DNA of 61,944 nucleotides, counting the filler. It is 16 parts of 16 records of this genome, joined end to end, with 100 filler letters (N's around TTAATTAATTAA, not from the genome) between each part and the next. Parts side by side here need not be neighbours in the genome. Positions count along the whole stretch, not along the records: positions 43,847 to 47,425 come from SRR7504441_136170; positions 47,526 to 50,585 come from SRR7504441_136771; positions 50,686 to 54,712 come from SRR7504441_136814; 13 more parts are not named here. One strand, written 5' to 3'. Positions 43,862-54,812 of this stretch are shown here, in pieces. The notes below the pieces were generated by a model, which worked only from the letters and a program-made list of their open reading frames with translations, had not been told where the DNA came from and ran no database searches. Position 1 is the first letter of the stretch, and each line of letters starts with the position of its first letter. Both the position numbers and the translations under genes were made by a program.

Positions 43862-46800
43862 TTGTCCGTTGGAGCTCGAGCTGACAGCTCGGGAGGTCAC
43901 CCAACTGCCCATCTCGCCGAAGCCACTCTCCCGCAGATGCAGCAAGTGGCAGCATGGCCGCAGCAGCACCAAGTGAGTCCCCGCATAGCGCCCGGCCGCC
44001 GGTGCCCTCAGCAGCTGCTTCCTCGGCAGGATCTGGTCCCGGACCAGCACCCGTTCTACCCGCCCCCCAATCCCTTCCAGACCAGGCCCTTCCAGCTCGG
44101 GGATCAGTTCCTACCACCCGGCGCGTCACCACCGGCCAACATCTCGACAAGCTCTTCGGCCGACCAGGCGCTGATGTCACACTCGGTCCGCCCGGCCCAC
44201 CGGGCCTCCTACGGGCTCAGCCGTCCCCGCAAGCTCCTCCCGGCCGAGCACTTGGCAGCGCTAGAGGCTGCGCTGGCCAACGCGACCGCTTGGGACGATC
44301 TGGGCGACGTCAAGCCGATCGTGCGGTCCCGGTACAACAAATCCAGCTGGGCCCGTGCCATCAGAGAACGCGGCCAGCCGGGCGATGGTGCGAGCGCCCG
44401 AAGCGAAATGGATACTGAGCTCGCGCCGCTCTGCGATGATCTGTCCGCCGTGTTCGATGGGGTCTGTCACAGGTGGGACTGCGCAGCCACCGGAGTGTGG
44501 CGCACACCGTTGCTTTCAGCAAGCATCTGTGAGCAAATCTGCTCTGATATCGCAGAGCTTAAACGAGAACATCCGTCGCTGGCCGAACATCTCCAGCCGC
44601 GGGCGGTGCTGCCACCTTCCTAATCAGGAAATAATCTGTTAACACAGGGACTCCGCGTAGAGCAGCGGTACAAGCCGTTACTCGACCAAGTGCTGCACAT
44701 GTTCCGTTCGACGTTCATCTCACCCAGGAAACCTTACGCGATTCCGGAGCTGATCGCGGCGCTTGTTGTCGAATATGAAGGCGAGCACTGGCACGTGCCG
44801 CATTCTGACGGGAGCGATTTGACGCTTAATATTTGCCTCGGGGAGCAATTCACTGGTGGGGAGTTCTCTGTGGCGCGGGATCCGTTGGAATGCTTTGAGG
44901 TCAATAGCAAGTTCGAGAAGGAGCATGGAGCTCACGACGACAAGTTTTGCAAGATCAGCAGAGGGCTGATGCCTGAGTTTCTGTACCAGCGGATGCAGCA
45001 CCAGGTGGGCCAAGCGATGGTACATGCCGGTCAGTGTGAGCATTAGGACAAAGCATAGTTAGAACAGCCGTGATTATTAGTGGATTTAACAGCTGCTGTG
45101 CTCAGGGAGACATCTGCATGGCGCAGATCCAGTGACTAGCGGAAAGCGACTTAACCTAGTCGTCTGGGTCTCTCTTGGGTACAACTTTGGACGATTCACA
45201 GAGCTCACACACCAGGCCAGACGAATCATCCTCGGAAGGCAACGGGCTCTAGCTAAATGCACCTAGCTGGTGTATCGGTTGTATGGATTAAGAAGCGTGT
45301 CGAGGGGTTTAATTTGGCCCACTGATGAGTCGGTTGGTGCAGGTTCTGCTCGGAACGGGTGGTGTTCATGCTCTTGCGGACAAGCAAGCAAGTTCGCGAG
45401 CTCATCATTAACGACGATGACCTCTGGGAGTTGAAACTTCAGAACACAACATTCCACCTGCAAGCTCCTGTTCTCACAAGCGCGATAACAGAAATAAAAA
45501 AGCCACCTGTCGAGGCAGCACCACACCAGGGGCTACAGGAGCAGCCTATGCGCTTGGATGACCCGAATTGGGGCATCCACCGGGATCCGTTCGCGGGCTA
45601 TCGCCAGGTGGACTATCGCCCCAAGTTGGCGAGCACTGAGACAGTTAATCTGCTGGAGGTGCACCAGCCACTCGACTCAGCTGATGTGGCTGAATTGGCA
45701 GGCGGCTCGAGACGAATTTCCGGCTTGCGGACTCAAGGAACAGATCATGCAAAGAATCGGCTTTACCAAGGTGATAGGCCTGGCTGCTGTTACAACCTTG
45801 TTCGTGGCTTTTCTGAGCAAATTTATGCCTGCAGGGGCTCCCTCCTGCATTTGCCGAGTATGTTCAGGAACGCGTGTTGCACTGTTTCGCCAAAAATCTG
45901 CAGCAAGAGGATAACACTAGAAGAGAAATATTCGAAGCAAGCAGGCCACAGATGCCGATGAAAATGGCAGCACCTCACATGATGAATCTGTATGATGCTC
46001 CGGTGGGCCTTCCCGTGAGCTCTGTCACTCTAGCGCCAGCAGACACCACAGGGTGGCTCCCTGACCTGCAGCTGTTCCCGGAATGCTCTCTCTCTCTGGA
46101 CGAATCGAGAGTGGATGAGCTCCTGAACAAGCTGCAGGACTATGTGTATCAGCTAGAGAAACAGGAGGTTCTAGAGAAGTGCAAGAACATGCACGGCGTG
46201 GGTCAGAACTTTGTGTATCCTATCTTGCTCAAAAGGAAATTCACCAGTGGGCTGCCACAAAACACACCGCACAGGAGGGGTTCTGGCCATTCTCTCGAAG
46301 CTGTCAAGGTTGGATTCTCACAGGACGAGCTGGTGGCGGCTGGCTTCAATGCGACGCCTCCTGTGGATTCGAATTCAATTTGGGCCCAGCAAGTTTACAC
46401 AGCCATCGACGCCTATTCTCGTGACAGATCGGATGACTGCCTGACGGACGTGATGACTGGCACCCCAAATCTTGGCAGACAAGGTATCGCAGATGCGCGT
46501 CATTTGATCAAGTGGCTGTCTGGTTTCACTGAGGATCCCACGCGCACCATTGTGTCGCTGCTTGTTGAATGCTGCGCCTTGGAGGCGGCCAGGTCCGATA
46601 TTCCAGCAGGTCCCCGCCCTGGGCAGGTCAGTGTTGTCACTGCTTGTTGGTACTGTTCGAATATATCGTTGCTAGCACTGATCGATTGTTGTTGCAGCTT
46701 TTCAAACTCGTGGAATTGTTGATGAGCGAGCAGGACATCGGCGAATCCGAGGCCGCCGAAGTCATTTGCCGGTCGGGGTACGAAAGCAAGCTGTGGCATA

Positions 46801-46937
46801 GGAGTCGTCGCTGTATTTTGAGAGAATTTCGCTTTCCACCGATAAAAGAGGCGTTGGAAGCGTATTTTGATAACCCAACAGCCCATACCGTGACGGCTTC
46901 AGAGCAGGACCAATCAACATCTTTAGATTTTTATTGA
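43862..46937 (+). CDS. 2OG-Fe(II) oxygenase (OGFOD2/PLOD C-terminal-like) followed by an F-box and an unknown C-terminal region; about 6 introns
   Basis: PHSDGSDLTLNICLGEQFTGGE..GQAMVHAG-RHLHGADPVTSGKRLNLVVW, then FTELTHQARRIILGR-FCSERVVFMLLRTSKQVRELIINDDDLW; start uncertain. Confidence 0.75.
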
Positions 46938-47525
46938 GCTTAAAGATCAGAGATTTCCAGAGGGGCTTGTGCCTGATCAGAGTACATCTCCAGCGTTGAG
47001 GCGAGAGTTCTTTGCATCACTGTATGTTGAGCCTTGAGAACACTATGTTTGGAGTTGCCTGCCGGGTCTGACGAATGGTCCTTCAATCTGAATTAGTTTA
47101 GAAAAGCATCCGCCCAAGCGTTGAGCTCCGCAGCACTTCCCTGAGGAGTCTCGGGCCAGATGTTACACATGAGTCATTTGAATGCGCTAGGAGGTTAGAC
47201 AGCTTAGCTGCAATAATCTAGATCTCTGTCTAGATACGTATGATGAAAGATACAAGCTTAGGGGCGGACCTAGGGTATAGCGTAATCACTTGAATGCGTT
47301 GAGTGTAACCACGAGTCCACAACTAAACCTTAGACTACCGACTCGACGACATCGTACGTACGGAGCTTCGTAAGTAGTCTCAGTGAACACTCGAGCAACG
47401 GACGAACCATGGCCGGAGGAGCGACNNNNNNNNNNNNNNNNNNNNNNNNNNNNNNNNNNNNNNNNNNNNTTAATTAATTAANNNNNNNNNNNNNNNNNNN
47501 NNNNNNNNNNNNNNNNNNNNNNNNN

Positions 47526-48063
47526 CCTGCCCCGGCTCGGCCTCACTCCCTAGCTCCTCGCTAACCTGCTGCTCTGTCAGCTCGGTGAGCAGGCGGGGCC
47601 CGTCGAAGCTCCCGACGGTGTCCCAGATCACCGGGTTCCCCTCGGCGTCCTCCATCGTGAACAGCCGCACCCGCCAGTGCCGAGTCACCGCCGCGTACAA
47701 AGGGTGGTCGCTCGGCCGCAGGTCCCGCTCAACGATCTGCCGCCTGATCTTATCGATCCCCAGCCGCCGCCGCCAGTCGAGCATCGCCTCGAACTTTTGG
47801 GCCGCCTGCCCGTAGTCGCCCTTGCACGCGATCAAAAAACGGAGCAGCCGGACGTCCCCCACCACCTGCCGGCCGCTCGCCCCCCGACCGGGCCGGGGCC
47901 GGCCTCCGGGAAGGGCGGGGCGGCGTCGATCAGCGGCTGGACCTTGACCTTAAGCGGCTCCAGCTTGGACCTGCGCGCCCGGGTGGGAGGCCGGGCCCAA
48001 CTGCCGGCACCAGTCGAACTCGTCGAGCCTGACGCTCGGGGTCGCCCCGTTGAGCGGAGGCAT
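47526..48063 (-). CDS. CRAL-TRIO/Sec14 lipid-binding protein, 3'-truncated
   Basis: PFPE-VVGDVRLLRFLIACKGDYGQAAQKFEAMLDWRRRLGIDKIR; DAEGNPVIW. Confidence 0.8.
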
Positions 48064-48159
48064 CTCCTCCTGCGGGAGCCGCCGCCGCCGCGCTCTGGTG
48101 CCTGGTGGGCCCAAGCGAGTGCACAACCGGTCAACGCCGATTCCAACGGTACTGCCTCG

Positions 48160-49665
48160 ATGGAGCGTGCTGCGAAGATCGTGGGGCACCTGGAGCCGGT
48201 GGAGGTACTGGCCGATCAGCAGTCTGGGCTGGCGGCCATCACGCTCAACCGGCCCCAGAAGCTCAACTCGCTCTCGCTCGGCATGATCAGGCTGCTCACC
48301 GAGGCGTACAACCAGGCGCTGGCCGCCGGGGACACCCGATGCGTGCTGCTCACCGGAGCTGGCCGTGCATTCTGCGCGGGAGGTGCCCAGCCCGGCGCGG
48401 TACCGGCTCACTTGGGCTGCAGGCGACGTGGCCGCGGTGCGGGAGCAGGCTCTGGCCGGCGGCCCGCTGCCCTACGATTTCTTCTTCGAAGAGTGCTTGG
48501 ACAGCGCGGGGCGCCGGGCTGAGCGGGGCGGCAGGTACCAGCTGGTCCATACGATCGCCACCATGTGGCACAAACACCGCATCCCACAGGCGCCGCACCC
48601 CGCGGGCTCGACTGTGCGATCTGGCGGCAGCTCGCTGTGTGGAATGGAATCACCATGGGCGGCGGGGTGGGCCTTTCAGCCCACGGCCGGTTCCGCGTCG
48701 CCACAGAGGCCACCACATTCGCCGTGCGCCGCCGTACGAGGCTGGCTGACCCGGAGGCCAGAAACCAGAGACTCGGATCGGGCTGTTCCCTGATGTTGGG
48801 AGTACGTGGATGCTACCGCGGCTGGCGGCCGGGCCGGCAGTCGGGCTGTATATCGGGCTGACCGGGGTTCGGCTCAAGGCGGCCGACTTGCTCTGGAGCG
48901 GCCTGGCCACGCACTTCGTCCCCAAGGCCCAGGTAGGCTCAGCTCCCGACTGCACTCAGCCCGTGGCGCAGCTGCCCAAGCTGGAGGCCGAGCTGCGCCA
49001 GCTCGGGCCGCGGATGTCCGAGAGCTCCATCACGCAGCTGCTCGACCGGCTCTCGGGCCAGCCTGATCAGGTCCGGCCCGCCCCGGCTGGGTTCGAGCGG
49101 GGACAGGCCCAAGCCGTGTTGGAGCCTCATGCTGCTGCGATCGAGCAATGTTTCGGGCAGGCTACGATGGAGGCGATCTTTGAGGCGTTGGAGCACCAGG
49201 CAGCCGCCCAGCTGCTCGGGCAGTGAGTGCGCCGCAGAGCAGCCACGGGGAGGACAAGGCGTGGGCGGCCAAGACACTCGATACTCTCCGGAAGATGAGC
49301 CCCACAAGTGCAGTCTGGCCCGGCCGACCATTGACTGTGCGGCAGGCATGAAGCTCACTCTCGAGGCTTGTCGGCGGAACGGCTCGGAGGGGGTGGAGAT
49401 CGGGGAGGCGCTGATCACGGAGTATCGGATGGTCCAGCGATGCGTGCTCAGACCGCAGCCGGCGTCCGATTTCTACGAAGGGATCCGCGCAGTGCTGGTG
49501 GACAAGGACCAGGCTCCCAAGTACGCCCGGCAGCCAACCGCGGCTGACCGGTGGTTCAGGTACGATCCGGATACAATTGAGAATGTGTCGGCGAGTTCGG
49601 TTGAAAGCTTCTTTGAACCGCTCAACTCAGAACATCCTCGGGGCGAGCTGCAGATATTGGTCTAG
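48160..49665 (+). CDS. HIBCH: 3-hydroxyisobutyryl-CoA hydrolase (crotonase family), 9 introns of 36-42 nt
   Basis: ITLNRPQKLNSL, AFCAGGDV, FFFEEY, GITMGGGVGLS, PETRIGLFPDVG, SPTSMKLT, DFYEGIRAVLVDKDQAPK. Confidence 0.92.
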
Positions 49666-49954
49666 TTCTACTGAATTAAGTTCTAGATACTCGAACACGT
49701 GGTAGACAATGTCACGTGAGGCACACGTCGCCCATCGAGAGACTCAAACAATTAAGTGCAGAACTCGTTTCTCATAAAGTTAATAATGATGCAAATAGTT
49801 TATGGATACTCCATTTCAATCAACGGTCATTGCGATTGTTGAACATTTTGTCTTTGCTACTGATACTTGTAAGTACGTAACAGCCTCGGCTTGATGGGCT
49901 TTTCATTCCAAGAGAGCCGACACAGCTCGGGCTATGCCGGCTACAGGCTCCTGA

Positions 49955-50585
49955 TCACCACCGGCCCTTGCCGCCGCCCTTGCCGCCGCCGGACCGCCAG
50001 TTGCCTGCAGCTGGCCGTGTGGCTATGCTCACCTGCCCAGAGAGACTGACCATCGTCAGCCCACGGCGCGCACCTTGATGATCTTGCCGGAAGTGCCAAA
50101 CTCCTTTTCGTTGAACCAGTCTACGGCCGCCTTGGCAGTCTCCACGTCCTGTGCCCAGTCAGCATCCCCCACCTGGATCGAGCAATTACTTGGAATGAGA
50201 CAGTCGCGTCGCCCTTGGGCTGGCGGGTCCTCTTGTCCATGTACACCTGAACCTGCCTCGCAGCCGGCCCGGCCCGACCGCACGTGGATGGTGGGCTGCC
50301 CGAGCGTGTTGCGCTTTTTGGACTTTTTAATCGGCCTGAGCCGATCATTCGCCTTTAGATCATTCAAGCGCACCCACCCAATCTGAGAGAAGAAATCGTT
50401 CAGCCGGTCAGTCGTGCAGCTCCCTGCCCGCCTGCTCGCCCCGGCCGCGCCACAGCCCACCGGTCGGCAGCCCCGACACGTAGATTGTGTTCTCCCATGA
50501 AAGTTCTTCAGAGCCGCCATCCCCGCCGTAGCCGCCGCCGCCGCCTCGGTCGCCACCGCCGCCGTAGCCGCCTCGATCACCGCCG
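49955..50585 (-). CDS. FET-family (FUS/EWS/TAF15-like) RGG plus RRM RNA-binding protein, 5'-truncated, 5 introns
   Basis: GGDRGGYG repeats; NTIYVSGLP..FFSQIG..IHVYMDKRTRQPKGDATVSF..AKAAVDWFN..IKVSIATR. Confidence 0.88.
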
Positions 50586-50685
50586 NNNNNNNNNNNNNNN
50601 NNNNNNNNNNNNNNNNNNNNNNNNNNNNNTTAATTAATTAANNNNNNNNNNNNNNNNNNNNNNNNNNNNNNNNNNNNNNNNNNNN

Positions 50686-53600
50686 TGTCATCGGCTTCTG
50701 CCAGTTTTTCCTCCTCGCCAGCAGTTTTGGCCTGCAACTCGGCTCGCGCTTCCAGTAGCTGCAACCCGGTGCACTCCTCGATTGGCAGCCACGTGTGGTC
50801 GTCTGCTTTCACCTTCTCGTCGACATACTGCTCCAGCTGTGTGAACTCGTCATGGTCACCCTGCCGTAAAACTGCCGACCCATCACAAGTCACGCTCTAA
50901 AGTCAACCGGACACATACCTGTCATGAAGCTGAGGTAGTGCCAAGGGTTGTGCTCGTCGGCAACGTGATGTCTCATTCCTCCAATCAGGTCGAACTTGAA
51001 TCGACTAATGCTGCAGACAAGACAATTGTCGTTCGTGTCAGTCTCCGTGGCTGCTTGCTTGGCCCGCAGTCCAGCAAAGGCTCCTACAATTGTGGCTGTG
51101 AGAATTGCACGGAAAATGAAAGTCCAAGATATGCTCTGGAGCTGGATGAGCAACCACTGGACCTGCTGCGAATTTTGATCCGAGATACTGTCTGGCCAAT
51201 GTTCCTTTATGTTGATGTCCCACTCTCGTCCAATGTCGCCTCTCAGCCCACCAGTCATTAACGATATCATGCAGTTGTACGCCGTGGTGCACGTGCCCGG
51301 ATTAGCCTCTTCCAGATCATTATGAAATATCGCAAACCCTCCCAGTCCAGCCCAGAGCATCACAATGAGCATGTATCCGGCCACTAGCTGAAAGAGGTAT
51401 AGGCCAGCCACAGCCAGCGCCTTGGTGACGATAGCCCCCTGATTCGGCTGCCACCCGAAACTAATCAATTGCAACCTTAATGTGCCTTACCGCTCGGAAG
51501 AAATCAAAGATCCAGATGCCAATCCCCCAATGAAACGTTCTCCCTCCGCAAAGAGAGACAACAGAGACAAGCCAAAATGCGATGTGGTACCAGCAGTGGC
51601 AGATATATTCAATTTGGCGCGACTGTCGTTCACCATAAGTCTCTTCCTCCTCGGCCACTGGCCGAGACGGCAGAGGCGTGTCGTACGGCATGACTTTGTC
51701 CCCTCGCAAATTCCAATCAACTTTAATTGAACTGCGCCTGCGGCGGTCCTCGGCCACAGCCTGTCTCTTACGAGCAACTAGCTTCTCCTGTTTCTTGAGA
51801 GCCGTCTTGCAATCAATCGGCACTTGTATCTGCAAAGGGGATCATCTGCAGGCACAGTCTAGCACCATACCACATAGAACGTCAGAACCCATTGTGTTGC
51901 CACTAACAGTTGCACCACCAGTATGCCCCAGACGACGTATTCCGCCCACTTGTAGTCCCCTGCCGGCTATTCAGATACTTGCAGCCCTCGCAGAGGCACC
52001 ATATGGGTCATCCCATGTTCCGTAAAAGAGCACCATTTGAATATACGCGACGATGGCTAGCTGATACGGCTGGTCTTGGATAAAGTCACTCCAATCTACA
52101 ATGTAGTAATAGAATCTGTCAGCGACCAATTGCCCCATGTGATCCATTTCAAATACAAGGCGTTTGATCTCAGCGTGCAACCTCGCCGCCTGTTCAAAGT
52201 TGAGTCGGCGACACGTGCCAGCTAGGCGACCTTCTCGTCAGGATTCCCTCGCGGAATAGAATCGAAGCGAGCGGCGGCCATGGACTGGAAGACGTCGCGT
52301 TCCATGATTTCTTGCATGAAAAATGGTACAACAAAGTGGACTCGGTATGTGCGATCACCACTTTTGACCTGCACAACAAGTCAGAATGATGCAGCAAACT
52401 AATTCCGACCTCACAGGCAGCTGTCCCAGCAGTACAAATTGGAGCTACTTTCAAATTCGCATTCGCGTCCTCGTTCATTTCCTCCTCGTCCATCTCCTCC
52501 TTGGTGCCAGTGTGCATAAACTGCCCTATGCGATCGGCGATGTGGGAGTGTTCCTCCGGGTCAAGTCTATCTTTGAGCATTTGAACCAGACAGAATGTCC
52601 TGAGCGCTAGATGCTTGATGTCATCTGGATCTATGTCATCTTCTGTGAGCTCCTTGATCTTCTGCAATTCCTTTTGCTCATCATGCACACCCTTGTTTTG
52701 GAGAATTGCCATAATTTCTTTGAAAAACACATTGACATTTACAGTGGCGCAAAAATGATTGGTGATCTCGGGGTGGTAGTTCTTTTCGAGCAGGGAGTAG
52801 AGATGGTTTATGAGCAGCGCCTTCAGTTCTGACTTGATTGTTCGCATGTTTGCGTTCAGCGACGGAACTATGTCGTCGTCATCGTCATCGTAACTGAGCA
52901 TCTGATATAAACTCAAGTACCTGCCCCTCAAGTGAGCAACTGACCCGACGGGTAGGCATTGGACATTGCCAATGCTGCCGTGCTTGAAAGTTCGAGCTGG
53001 TTGTCCTCAGATCCTTGTATCGTCTCAGTGAGAAACTCAAGATGCTGCCGAAGAAACAGACTGATCAGCAAGATCTAGTGGGGACTGCTGCGGAACCTGG
53101 GTCAGCAGCGGCACGACGCACATCTCCTTGTTGCGGATCGCAATCGGCATGACTCCAATCAGCGTTTCGAGGAGCTCAACCCCCATAGCCATCAAATTAA
53201 AGCTCTTTTGGTTTGTGTGCTGTTCACGTAGAAAGTTTTGGAAAGCCTGGTTGTGACCTGCAGCATGCCCTCACTCCGTCAACACGAGCTTGATCTAGTT
53301 ACCTTCACAGGTCCTCTGCAAGAACTTGAGCGTGAGCATGCCTTCATCGAAGTTGCTCGCATCTGTACTCAACCATGTTGCGTTGCCACCCGCTGTTCGG
53401 AGAGATCGCAAAGATCCCCGCTTAATTTTCTCCTCGACTTCGCTGCAAGCCCCCAGGCACAGGTCAAATAGACCAATACATACACAATCACCTCATATTG
53501 ACACCCCACTTCTTGACATTCTCTGCGCAACTTTTGAGTATATCGTGTATCCTCTCAAACATGGCATGATTCTACCCACAAATCTCAAAAGAGCCAAGGA

Positions 53601-54712
53601 AGCGACGATGGCGCATTGACCTGCGTTGCCTGGATGCTGGACAAAATTGCGTCTTGAGCAACTCGCGGCCCATGCTCCAGAATGGTCATCCCATACCTGC
53701 GTGCGACGAGCTTATATTATTTCCAGCCACAGTGGCGCACCGGAGAGCGGCCATTGTCACTGCACCGTCTTTGCTGGCTATCTGGTTGACGATAGCACCA
53801 GCTGCCCCAAGCGCGATGTACTTGTTTTGAACCCATTTAAGATTCTCGTGGTGCGGATGAGCCTTTTCGGGTGTGTCGTCGCTAATAAATAAGTCCCAGT
53901 TCTTGTCCTGCCCCCAAGCCATGAGCCACGCTTGGGCTGGGAAGCGGAATTGCACCTTTAGCTCTTTGTCCTTGGGCGCGACTGCGTCCTCGAGATATAG
54001 AGTTGCCCGCGTTGTGCGTAGGAGTTTGGAGGCCAAGGCATGGCTGAGGTCTGGCGAGCCTGATGCCAGTACTTGAAATATCTGGAATGAGCAGGTTACT
54101 GGCTATGAGGCAACTGAATGCCTTGTATGCAGAGTGGCGGTACGTTAGCCGCGGCACCATTCCAGGAATTTCTCCTTGAGACAACAAGACAGCAATATTT
54201 CTAATCCCCACCTGTCACCCAGACATCATGCTGACCCCCTTGGCGATGCACCCCAATCTTGCGTTTAAGATCTGCTATCCCCACTAGTCCTGCAAGCTCG
54301 GGTACAAATGCGTTCGAGACGCCATCCTTGAATAGAATTGCTCTCGTTGGTGGTGGATACGTCTCTGGTTCATCTGGTGGTTCACATAGACCTTGACGTT
54401 CCAGATTGTGAATGTACTTATCGAGGCACCTCTTGTAGTTCTCATCTTTCAGGAATGAGCTAGTTTTTAACTTCAGCACCAGCGATGCGATGGTGGCCGA
54501 CACTGCAAGCTGCATCTCGTTGGCAGACTCGGGAAAAAACACATGAGTGTAGATTGCGTCGAGCATTGGGATGCAGGAGCCATACACATAGTCGGTCAAG
54601 AGATGAACGTAGTTCATGTCTGGAGCGAGCAAGTCCTCTGCGGTTTGAAGAAGCTTGTGATGCGGCCGAGCTTTCTGTTTCTGTGGAACCGGGGGCCTAT
54701 CGTGCCACTTTG
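50686..54712 (-). CDS. IP3 receptor/ryanodine receptor-family Ca2+ release channel, truncated at both ends
   Basis: CTTAYNCM..GLRGDIG..IVGAFAGLR..CLVCSISRFKFD..HVADEHNPWHYLSF..FTQLEQYV..WLP; many short introns. Confidence 0.82.
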
Positions 54713-54812
54713 NNNNNNNNNNNNNNNNNNNNNNNNNNNNNNNNNNNNNNNNNNNNTTAATTAATTAANNNNNNNNNNNNNNNNNNNNNNNNNNNNNNNN
54801 NNNNNNNNNNNN

